A model generated the notes under the pieces. That model worked only from the letters and a program-made list of their open reading frames with translations. It was not told the origin of the DNA and did no database searches. Positions 26,527-34,558 of a DNA stretch of 37,010 nt are shown here, in pieces (position 1 is the first letter of the stretch; every line of letters begins with the position of its first letter). The stretch lies in NCBI GenBank assembly GCA_049583575.1, contig JBAUWD010000383.1, forward strand, positions 1 through 37,010, given 5' to 3'. This stretch comes from Nocardioides sp. (GTDB taxonomy: Bacteria; Actinomycetota; Actinomycetes; Propionibacteriales; Nocardioidaceae). The position numbers and the translations under genes are program-made.

Positions 26527-26663
26527 CCTGGCACACCGAAGTCGTGGCCAGCGACCTGTTCCAGGCAAGGCTCGGCGCCATCCGCCAGGCCGGCGGCACC
26601 ATCATCGCCAGCTGCCCCTGCCCGGCCGGCTACAGCGTCACCTACGCGACCGTCGACCGCTGA
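26523..26663 (+). CDS. 46-aa small protein (MTWHTEVVASDLFQARLGAIRQAGGTIIASCPCPAGYSVTYATVDR)
   Basis: Strong GC3 codon bias, GGGAG RBS and a CPCP motif. Below the ORF-track length cutoff. Confidence 0.65.
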   Translation: MTWHTEVVASDLFQARLGAIRQAGGTIIASCPCPAGYSVTYATVDR

Positions 26664-26757
26664 CACCGTCCCTGATGTGGACGAGACGATTCGCCGTACC
26701 CGAAGCTCTCTTCAGGAGGCTGAGCGACGGAACAGACCTTTTCGGCCATCGACTCGT

Positions 26758-27225
26758 CTACGGCCAGAACGGGACCTTCGGGCCCCGACCACCGACGGAC
26801 TCGAGATATCCAGCGGCGTCCGCGCGACGCTCCCCCCACATGATCTCGAACACCAGGCGCGAGATCTTCCACGTGCCCTCGTGGCGGGTCAGCTCGTCGT
26901 GGTAGCGACCGACCAGGAAGCAGACGTCGTCGTCGCCCGCGAACTTCTGGTACGACGTGTGGTACACGAGCGCTGACGCCGTGTCTCCCTGCACGTCGAC
27001 GTGATAGACGCTCAGCAGGTGGTGTTGCCAGACGCAGCTCTTCGTGGCCTCACGGATCCACCCGATCACCGTCTCTGCCCCTTGGGCCGGCTCGGCGTTG
27101 CCGTACTGCGCCCAGAGGTCCGGGTGCAAGACGTCTCGCAGGCGATCAGGATTCGCCGAGTCGATGCTGGACGCGTAGCGGTAGAGCGTGTCCTCGATGA
27201 GGGTGCGGTCTTCGACAGTGGTCAT
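26758..27225 (-). CDS. SnoaL-like / NTF2-family protein (BaiE/LinA/scytalone dehydratase-like)
   Basis: EDR..I.D.L.RYA..ID, QHHL, VDVQGDTA and GRYHDEL.R..G.WKI motifs. Confidence 0.85.
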   Translation of the reverse strand: MTTVEDRTLIEDTLYRYASSIDSANPDRLRDVLHPDLWAQYGNAEPAQGAETVIGWIREATKSCVWQHHLLSVYHVDVQGDTASALVYHTSYQKFAGDDDVCFLVGRYHDELTRHEGTWKISRLVFEIMWGERRADAAGYLESVGGRGPKVPFWP

Positions 27226-27272
27226 TGGTCACTCTCTTCCTCTCTGCGTCAGCGGGTTCTGTGTCACTCGCA

Positions 27273-29216
27273 TCAGAGGTTCGCTCCGAGCCGGTAGCCC
27301 TCGGCGATGGCATGGCCGATCCGGCGCGGCGTCACGCAGTCGCCGATCGTGGTCACCGTGTCATCCATCTTGGTTGTCCGTTGCAGCACGTCGTCGGCCA
27401 GCCGCGTCTGGTGCCAGACCACGAGCGACGGCTCGAGAAGGGTCTCTCGGCCACCGAACACGGGGCGCAGAGCCATCTGAGCGGTCGGATCGTCGGGGAC
27501 GACGAGCCGGTGGGCGACGTGCATGGTCACGCCGGCCTCCCCGAGACGTTGGAGAAGTGGCCCGACGCTCTCCGCCGGGACGCGCGGCGCGAGCGCCGTG
27601 AGCGCCGTCGCCACGGTGACCGTCCAGCCCCGCTGGGCGAGCGCCTCGGCGGCGCTGTAGGCCGACCAGAAGCCGTCGCCCTCGTCGTACACGACAGCGG
27701 CGGCCGGCTCGTGAACCGGGAGGTGGTTCATGAGGACCTCGTCGACGGACACCGCGGGCCGGGACTGCAGCGCCGCCGGGAGCGGAGCGAGCCTCGAACC
27801 CGTGGCCAGCACGACGTGGTCGGCGATGGTCCTCATCTCCTCGAGATCGTCCACGGAGATCTCCGCGCCCAGGTTGATGTCGACCTTGAGCCGGCGCCCC
27901 TCCCGTTCGAGGTAGTCGATGATGTCGATCAGAGACGCGCGGTGCGGTGCCGCCGCGGCGACCCTCAGGGCTCCGCCCAGGGTGGTGTCCCGCTCGAAGA
28001 GCGTGACCCGGTGACCGCGTTCGGCGCTGACGCGCGCTGCCTCAAGTCCTGCCGGGCCACCACCGATGACGTAGATCTCCTGGGGCCGAGCCACCCGCTC
28101 CCCCATGCCTGGCAGGCGCCCTCGGCCGACCTCCGCGTTGACCGCGCAGTGAAGATGGGGATCGAAGGCCCGGCAGTCCTGGTTGATGCCCAGGCAGCCC
28201 CGGATCTCGTCGAGACGACCGGTCTGCGACTTCACCGGGAGGTCAGGGTCTGCGATCAGTGCGCGAGCCATGCCGACCAGGTCCGCGTGGCCTGCCTTGA
28301 TGGCGTGCTCCGCGCTGGCTACGTCGCGGATCCGCTGCCCGACGATGGTCGGCACCCCGGTGGCAGCCCGGACGCGGGATGCGGACGGGATCGCCACACC
28401 ATCGGGGCCCGTGGAGTCCTTGACGTACTTTCCCCGGGTGCCGTGAGTGATGCTGAAGTAGTCCACCCCACCCACGTCGGCAAGGTCCTCGGCGATCCGG
28501 ACGCAGTCGTCGATGTCCATCCCTCCGGGGATCTCCTCGTCGCCGCTCAGCCGGACTCCGAGAGCGAATCCGGCCGGGGTGACCGAGCGCATCGCTTCGA
28601 TCACGAGGTGAAGGAAGCGCATCCGGTTGACGAACGAGCCGCCGAACGCGTCCGAACGGCGGTTGGTCAGCGGCGAGAGGAACTGCGCGGGCAGGTAGCC
28701 GTGCGCCGCGTGGATCTCGACGCCGTCGAGCCCGGCCTTGACCAGGTTCTCCGTCGAGACCCGCCAGCCGTCGATGATGTCGTCGATCTCCTCGAGGGTG
28801 AGCTCGTGCGGCGGGTAGGCGTCCCTGACCGTCTTGATCGGCGACGGCGCCACCGGCGCCTGGTCGGACTCGCCGCCGATGAACTCGCGACCGAGATGGC
28901 ACAGCTGTCCGACGAGTCGGGCACCGTGGCGATGGACGACCTCCGCCTTCGCCGCCATCGCCGGCACGACCTCGGCGACGTACCCCTCGACCAGCTTGCC
29001 CGATCGCAGCGCTGACGTCGGGTGGACAACGGTGGCTCCGCCGACGATCAGGCCGACCCCGCCCGCGGCCAGCCGCTCGAAGTGGTCGACGTCGGCATGG
29101 GTCGGGATCCCGTGTTCCACCAGGCTGGTGCCCGCGGGCAGGGCGACGAGCCGGTTCCTGAGGTCGAAACCGCCGAGCCGGAACGGCGAGAAGACGTGCG
29201 GAAACTGGTCGGCCAT
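27273..29216 (-). CDS. NADH:flavin oxidoreductase (multi-domain old-yellow-enzyme family; FadH/BaiCD/TMADH-like)
   Basis: LRNR, DGVEIHAAHGYL..QFLSPLTNRRSD.FGGS..NR, ARALIADP and GGGPAGLEAA motifs. Start at MADQF behind AGGAAG. Confidence 0.93.
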   Translation of the reverse strand: MADQFPHVFSPFRLGGFDLRNRLVALPAGTSLVEHGIPTHADVDHFERLAAGGVGLIVGGATVVHPTSALRSGKLVEGYVAEVVPAMAAKAEVVHRHGARLVGQLCHLGREFIGGESDQAPVAPSPIKTVRDAYPPHELTLEEIDDIIDGWRVSTENLVKAGLDGVEIHAAHGYLPAQFLSPLTNRRSDAFGGSFVNRMRFLHLVIEAMRSVTPAGFALGVRLSGDEEIPGGMDIDDCVRIAEDLADVGGVDYFSITHGTRGKYVKDSTGPDGVAIPSASRVRAATGVPTIVGQRIRDVASAEHAIKAGHADLVGMARALIADPDLPVKSQTGRLDEIRGCLGINQDCRAFDPHLHCAVNAEVGRGRLPGMGERVARPQEIYVIGGGPAGLEAARVSAERGHRVTLFERDTTLGGALRVAAAAPHRASLIDIIDYLEREGRRLKVDINLGAEISVDDLEEMRTIADHVVLATGSRLAPLPAALQSRPAVSVDEVLMNHLPVHEPAAAVVYDEGDGFWSAYSAAEALAQRGWTVTVATALTALAPRVPAESVGPLLQRLGEAGVTMHVAHRLVVPDDPTAQMALRPVFGGRETLLEPSLVVWHQTRLADDVLQRTTKMDDTVTTIGDCVTPRRIGHAIAEGYRLGANL

Positions 29217-29278
29217 CTGCACTTCCTGGATTCGGCCACCTGACTCGACGACCGACGGGTCGACGAGGAGAGGAATCG

Positions 29279-29292
29279 AACTGGATTCACTT
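29279..29292. promoter_or_regulatory. Operator upstream of the OYE-SnoaL pair
   Basis: AACTGGATTCACTT (12/14). Minus-strand TTGACT at 29317-29322, the same 38-bp offset as at 18912/18950. Confidence 0.72.
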
Positions 29293-29378
29293 CAGTCTTG
29301 AGCCAATCGTCCCCGAAGTCAAGGGGTCGGGGCGTCTCGGTCCTGCTGCCACCTCGATGTCGCCCGTGGCGAACTGGA

Positions 29379-30935
29379 TCAGTGCGTTCCCGGTCCGGTC
29401 CCGCGCCGCACGCCCGCGGTCACGGACTCAGGGAGCTGACGACCGGGGTCGACCGAGATCGTCTTGTAGTGCAGGAACTCCTGGTAGGCGGTCGGCCCGT
29501 GCTCGCGGCCGATGCCGGACTTCTTGAATCCCCCGAACGGCGAACCGAGGTCCGCGGCGAAGGTGTTCACCGAGAACGTCCCGGTCCGCATCCTTCGCGC
29601 GATCTCGAACCCGTGGGCGTCGTCCGCGGTGAACACCGCACCGGAGAGCCCCGTCTCGCTGTCGTTGGCGATCCGCACCGCGTCCTCCTCACCGTGGTGG
29701 GGGATCAGCGACGCAACGGGACCGAAGATCTCCTCCCGGCTGACGCGCATGCCGTTGTCGGCGTCGGTGATCAGGGTGGGCTCGAAGTACCAGCCCCGCT
29801 CCAGGTCTGCCGGTCGACGACCACCGGTGGCGATCGTGGCGCCTTCCTTGCCGGCGAGCGCGACGTACTCCTCCACCCGGTCGCGCTGGCGCTCCGTCAC
29901 CAGCGGTCCGAGGACGGTGTCGGCCTCCATCGGGTCACCGATCTTCAGGGACCTGAAACCCTCGACGAGAGCCTCGGCGTACTCGTCGTACTGCGCGGCA
30001 GGCACCACGAGACGCGTCAGCGCGACGCAGCTCTGGCCCGAGTTCGTGCCGACGCTGGCGCCGATGAGAACCGGGAGCGCGTCCTCGAGCTTGGCGTCGT
30101 CGAGGACGATCGCTGCCGACTTCCCACCGAGCTCCAGCACACAGGGCTTGATGAGCTCGCCACACGCGGCGGCGATGCGCGCGCCGGTCTCGACCGAGCC
30201 GGTGAAGCTGACCATGTCCACGCCCGGGTGGCGCACCAGGTACGCCGCCTCCGGCGCGCGGGCCGCGACGATGTTGATCACGCCCGGCGGCAGGCCCACC
30301 TCAGCACAGATGTCTCCGTAGATGAACGTCGCCAGCGGATTGGGTTCGGTCACCTTGACCACCGCAGTGCAACCGGCGATGAGTGCCGGTGCGACCTTCT
30401 GCGGCACCGCCGGGAACGCGAAGTTGTAGGCAGGGAAGGCGGCGACGACGCCGACCGGCTCCTGGAAGACGAGGCTGGAGCCCGCCATCGGGATGATGCT
30501 GCCGCCCTCGGAGCTGGCCGCGAGCGGGCCGAGGTCGCTGAGCCGCACCTCGGAGGTGTCCAGGCTGCGGCCGATCTCGGCGTTGTAGTTGAGGCTCATC
30601 ACCGGTGAGACGACCTGGTAGACCTGCGAGAGGAACAGCGTGCACCCGAGCTCCTCGGTGATGAGCCCGGCCAGCTCCTCCTGGCGCTTGGCGACCGCGT
30701 CGGCCATCCGGGTCAGGTAGTCGGCCCGCTCGGCCGGCGTCAGACGGGGCCACTCACCCTCGTCGAATGCCCTGCGAGCGGCCGCGACAGCGGCGTCGAT
30801 GTCGTCCGTGGACGCTGCGGGAACGTGCCCGATGACCTGCTCCGACCTGGGCGAGATGACGTCGAACCGGTCGTCGGTCTGGGCGGGGCGCCAACCGCCG
30901 TCGATGAAGAACGCCTGGTGATCGATGCTGCTCAT
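29379..30935 (-). CDS. Aldehyde dehydrogenase
   Basis: FTGSVETG, LELGGKS (Glu), NSGQSC (Cys), EEIFGPV and PFGGFKKSGIGRE motifs. Confidence 0.95.
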   Translation of the reverse strand: MSSIDHQAFFIDGGWRPAQTDDRFDVISPRSEQVIGHVPAASTDDIDAAVAAARRAFDEGEWPRLTPAERADYLTRMADAVAKRQEELAGLITEELGCTLFLSQVYQVVSPVMSLNYNAEIGRSLDTSEVRLSDLGPLAASSEGGSIIPMAGSSLVFQEPVGVVAAFPAYNFAFPAVPQKVAPALIAGCTAVVKVTEPNPLATFIYGDICAEVGLPPGVINIVAARAPEAAYLVRHPGVDMVSFTGSVETGARIAAACGELIKPCVLELGGKSAAIVLDDAKLEDALPVLIGASVGTNSGQSCVALTRLVVPAAQYDEYAEALVEGFRSLKIGDPMEADTVLGPLVTERQRDRVEEYVALAGKEGATIATGGRRPADLERGWYFEPTLITDADNGMRVSREEIFGPVASLIPHHGEEDAVRIANDSETGLSGAVFTADDAHGFEIARRMRTGTFSVNTFAADLGSPFGGFKKSGIGREHGPTAYQEFLHYKTISVDPGRQLPESVTAGVRRGTGPGTH

Positions 30936-30990
30936 GAATGAGCCTCCACTCGGTGACGGGCCGTCGGCCGGGCTTTACTCGGCACGCTGG

Positions 30991-31004
30991 AAGTGAACTT
31001 AGTT
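30991..31004. promoter_or_regulatory. Operator upstream of ALDH
   Basis: G-AAGTGAACTTAGTT-C, 11/14. Confidence 0.62.
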
Positions 31005-31108
31005 CGCTTCAATCTACGGGAAAGGCCATGCCGACCACAAGGGTCGGGAAGGGGGTGCCTGACTCCTTGCGTTGGCTCCGTGAGCGGGGCTACAGTGACC
31101 GGGAATTG

Positions 31109-31122
31109 AACCGAACTCAGTT
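31109..31122. promoter_or_regulatory. Operator upstream of the P450-ferredoxin-korAB operon
   Basis: TTG-AACCGAACTCAGTT-TT, 12/14, with the same flanks as the 3744 copy. Confidence 0.72.
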
Positions 31123-31179
31123 TTATTCACTGCTCCCACCGCGCGAGGATGGCGTGGCAGGCGAGGAAGCGAGGACGCG

Positions 31180-32436
31180 ATGACCATGACCGATCCGGCA
31201 GCCGGCGACCAGACTGAAATCGCTGCGAGGGTGCCCAGCGGGTGCCCCGTGATCCACCTCGATGCCTCCCCTGCACTGGAGGTCGGCAGCCACTGGCAGA
31301 AGGCCAACGAGCTGCGCGAGACCAGCCCGGCGTTCTTCAACACCCACGCACAGGGCTACTGGGTCTTCACGCGGCACGAGCAGGTCCGCGAGATGTATCA
31401 GCACCCGGAGATCTTCTCGAGCGAATCCATCACGCCGTGGGAGCCGGACCCGGTCTACCGGTTCGTGCCGACCCAGATCGACCCGCCGGAGCACAGCAAG
31501 TACCGCCAGCTGATCAGCCGCTGGTTCGCCCCCAACGCGGTCAACCGGATCGCCCCGCAGGCCCACGACATCGGCCAGCGCCTCGTCGCCGACCTCGCGC
31601 CCCGAGGCGAGTGCGACTTCGTCACCGACTTCGCGATGCGCCTGCCCACCGAGATCTTCCTGACCATCATCGGCGTGCCCCCCTCCGACGCCGACCTGTT
31701 CGTCCCCTGGGTGGAGGACTTCTTCGCCGGCTTCGGCGGCGACCTCGGCCAGCAGCAGGCGATGGGCGCGGCGCTGGGCGGCATCCGGCAGTACTGGGTG
31801 GACGTGCTCGAGGCTCGCCGCGAGGAGGCGCACCCCCGTGAGAACGACTTCGTCTCGCTCCTGCTGCACTCCACGGTGGATTCCGAGCCGCTGGACGACG
31901 GCCTGATCCTGGACATCCTCACGGTGCTCGTCCTGGCCGGCCTGGACACCACGCGGGGACAGCTGGGCTACCTGTTCCGCCACCTCGCCGAGCACCCCGA
32001 CGACCGCCAGCGGCTGATCGCCGAGCCTGAGCTGATTCCGTCGGCGGTCGAGGAGTCGCTCCGCCTGTACACGATCGTCTTCGGCGACGGGCGCAAGGTT
32101 GCCCAGGACACCGAGTTCCACGGCTGCCCGCTGAGCAAGGGCGACATGGTGTACGGGCTGGTCTCCGGCGCCAACCGGGACCCGAGGGTCTACGAGAGCC
32201 CGGACGAGTTCATCGTGGACCGCAAGGGCAACAACCACCTCGGCTTCGCCGGCGGACCGCACCGCTGCCTCGGCGCCCACCTGGCCCGCATGGTCATGAA
32301 CGTCGCCGTCGAGGAGTGGCTGAAGGTCATCCCCGACTTCGGGGTGGTCAGCGAGGCGCCCCTCATGGAGCGCGGCGGCGGCGCCATGATGACCTTGCTC
32401 AGCCTCCCGCTGACCTGGGAGGTGACGACCGCATGA
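31180..32436 (+). CDS. Cytochrome P450
   Basis: I-helix AGLDTT, K-helix EESLR, ANRDP and heme ligand FAGGPHRCLG. Confidence 0.97.
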   Translation: MTMTDPAAGDQTEIAARVPSGCPVIHLDASPALEVGSHWQKANELRETSPAFFNTHAQGYWVFTRHEQVREMYQHPEIFSSESITPWEPDPVYRFVPTQIDPPEHSKYRQLISRWFAPNAVNRIAPQAHDIGQRLVADLAPRGECDFVTDFAMRLPTEIFLTIIGVPPSDADLFVPWVEDFFAGFGGDLGQQQAMGAALGGIRQYWVDVLEARREEAHPRENDFVSLLLHSTVDSEPLDDGLILDILTVLVLAGLDTTRGQLGYLFRHLAEHPDDRQRLIAEPELIPSAVEESLRLYTIVFGDGRKVAQDTEFHGCPLSKGDMVYGLVSGANRDPRVYESPDEFIVDRKGNNHLGFAGGPHRCLGAHLARMVMNVAVEEWLKVIPDFGVVSEAPLMERGGGAMMTLLSLPLTWEVTTA

Positions 32437-32633
32437 AGCTGACCGTCCGCCCTGATCTGTGCATGGGTCACGGGCGCTGCTACGCACTCACACCGAACCT
32501 GCTCGAGGACGACGACGAGGGCTACGTGACCGCCCGCGGCCAGGTGCTCGACGTACCGGCCGATCAGGTCGACGACGCGCGCAACGCGGCTGCCTCGTGC
32601 CCCGAGCAGGCCATCGCGCTCCTCGAGGACTGA
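32433..32633 (+). CDS. Ferredoxin, [3Fe-4S]-type (66 aa)
   Basis: CMGHGRC...CPEQAI (CxxHxxC..CP). ATGA overlap with the P450 stop. Confidence 0.93.
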   Translation: MKLTVRPDLCMGHGRCYALTPNLLEDDDEGYVTARGQVLDVPADQVDDARNAAASCPEQAIALLED

Positions 32634-32637
32634 CACC

Positions 32638-34554
32638 GTGGTCAAGCAGGTCAAGCAGCTCGACCGCGTGATCATCAGGTTTGCCGGTGACTCCGGCGAC
32701 GGGATGCAGCTGACGGGCGACCGGTTCACCCAGGAGTCCGCTGCGTTCGGCAACGACCTGGTCACGCTGCCGAACTTCCCTGCCGAGATCCGCGCTCCCC
32801 AGGGCACCATCCCGGGCGTCTCCTCGTTCCAGGTCCATCTCGCCGACCACGACATCCTCACCGCGGGTGACTCCCCCGACATGTTGGTGGCGATGAACCC
32901 GGCGGCGTTGAAGGCCAACGTCGGCGACTTGAACAAGGGTGCCGCGATCATCGTGGACACCCATGAGTTCTCCGCGCGCAACCTGGCCAAGGCCGGCTAC
33001 GTGGAGAGCCCACTGGAGGACGACTCGCTGGCCGAGTTCGCGCTCCACCAGGTGAACCTGACCGCGATGACGGTGGAGGCGGTCAAGGAGTTCGGCTTGT
33101 CCCGCAAGGACGCGGCACGGGCCAAGAACATGTTCGCGCTGGGCTTGTTGTCGTGGATGTACGGCCGTCCGACCGAGACCACGGTGGCGTTCTTGTCGAA
33201 GCGGTTCGCCAGCGTGCCTGACATCCGCGACGCCAACATCCGGGCGTTCACCAGCGGGTGGAACTTCGGGGAGACCACCGAGACGTTCGTGGTCCAGTAC
33301 GAGGTGAAGCCGGCCGCCATGCCGCCCGGGATCTACCGCAACATCAGCGGCAACATGGCCCTGTCCTATGGCCTGGTGGCCGCCTCGGTGCAGTCAGGGC
33401 TGCCGATCTTCCTCGGCTCCTACCCGATCACTCCGGCCTCCGACATCCTCCATGAGCTGTCCAGGCACAAGAGCTTTGGGATCACCACCTTCCAGGCCGA
33501 GGACGAGATCGCCGGCGTCGGCGCCGCCATCGGCGCCTCCTTCGCCGGGCACCTGGGAGTGACCACCACGTCGGGCCCAGGCGTCTCGCTGAAGAGTGAG
33601 GCGATCGGGCTGGCGGTGATGACCGAGCTCCCCTTGCTGGTGATCAACGTCCAACGCGGCGGCCCCTCGACCGGGCTGCCGACCAAGACCGAGCAGTCCG
33701 ACCTGCTCCAGGCGATGTTCGGCCGCAACGGCGAGGCCCCGGTCCCGATCGTCGCCCCGCAGTCACCCGGTGACTGCTTCTCCGCCGCGGTCGAGGCCGC
33801 GCGGATCGCGGTCACCTACCGCACCCCGGTGATGCTGCTGTCGGACGGCTACCTGGCCAACGGCTCGGAGCCCTGGAGGGTCCCCGACCTCGCCGACCTG
33901 CCCCCTATCGACCCCGCCTTCGCCACCAGCCACAACACGGTCTCGACAAGCTCGACCGGCGAGACCGTCGGGGAGTTCCTGCCCTACCTGCGCGACGAGT
34001 CGACGCTGGCGCGTCCGTGGGCGATCCCCGGCACGGCGGGTCTCGAGCACCGCATCGGCGGTCTGGAGAAGGGTGACGGCCACGGCAACATCTCCTACGA
34101 CCCAGCCAACCACGACTTCATGGTCCGTATCCGCGCCGCCAAGGTCGCGGCCATCGCCGAGTCGCTGCCTCCACTGGAGGTCGACGACCCCTCAGGTGAG
34201 GCCAAGGTGCTGGTGCTCGGCTGGGGCTCGACCTACGGCCCCATCGGCGCCGGGGTCCGCCGGGTCCGCAAGGCCGGTTTCAACGTCGCCCAGACCCACC
34301 TACGCCACCTCAACCCCTTCCCGGCCGACCTCGGCGAGATCCTCACACGCTACGACAAGGTGCTGGTGCCCGAGATGAACCTCGGCCAGCTCTCCTTGCT
34401 GATCCGCGCCAAGTATCTCGTCGACGTGGTGGGCTACAACCAGGTCCGCGGCCTCCCCCTCAAGGCCGCCCAGCTTGCCGAGGCGATCACGACTCTCTGC
34501 GATGAGTACGACGCGCCGCGCACCACGTTGAGCACGGCTGGATCGGTGAGGTGA
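32638..34554 (+). CDS. korA: 2-oxoacid:ferredoxin oxidoreductase alpha subunit
   Basis: IRFAGDSGDG, YPITPAS, QAEDE, TSGPG and QRGGPSTGLPT motifs. Confidence 0.95.
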   Translation: MVKQVKQLDRVIIRFAGDSGDGMQLTGDRFTQESAAFGNDLVTLPNFPAEIRAPQGTIPGVSSFQVHLADHDILTAGDSPDMLVAMNPAALKANVGDLNKGAAIIVDTHEFSARNLAKAGYVESPLEDDSLAEFALHQVNLTAMTVEAVKEFGLSRKDAARAKNMFALGLLSWMYGRPTETTVAFLSKRFASVPDIRDANIRAFTSGWNFGETTETFVVQYEVKPAAMPPGIYRNISGNMALSYGLVAASVQSGLPIFLGSYPITPASDILHELSRHKSFGITTFQAEDEIAGVGAAIGASFAGHLGVTTTSGPGVSLKSEAIGLAVMTELPLLVINVQRGGPSTGLPTKTEQSDLLQAMFGRNGEAPVPIVAPQSPGDCFSAAVEAARIAVTYRTPVMLLSDGYLANGSEPWRVPDLADLPPIDPAFATSHNTVSTSSTGETVGEFLPYLRDESTLARPWAIPGTAGLEHRIGGLEKGDGHGNISYDPANHDFMVRIRAAKVAAIAESLPPLEVDDPSGEAKVLVLGWGSTYGPIGAGVRRVRKAGFNVAQTHLRHLNPFPADLGEILTRYDKVLVPEMNLGQLSLLIRAKYLVDVVGYNQVRGLPLKAAQLAEAITTLCDEYDAPRTTLSTAGSVR

Positions 34555-34558
34555 CGAG

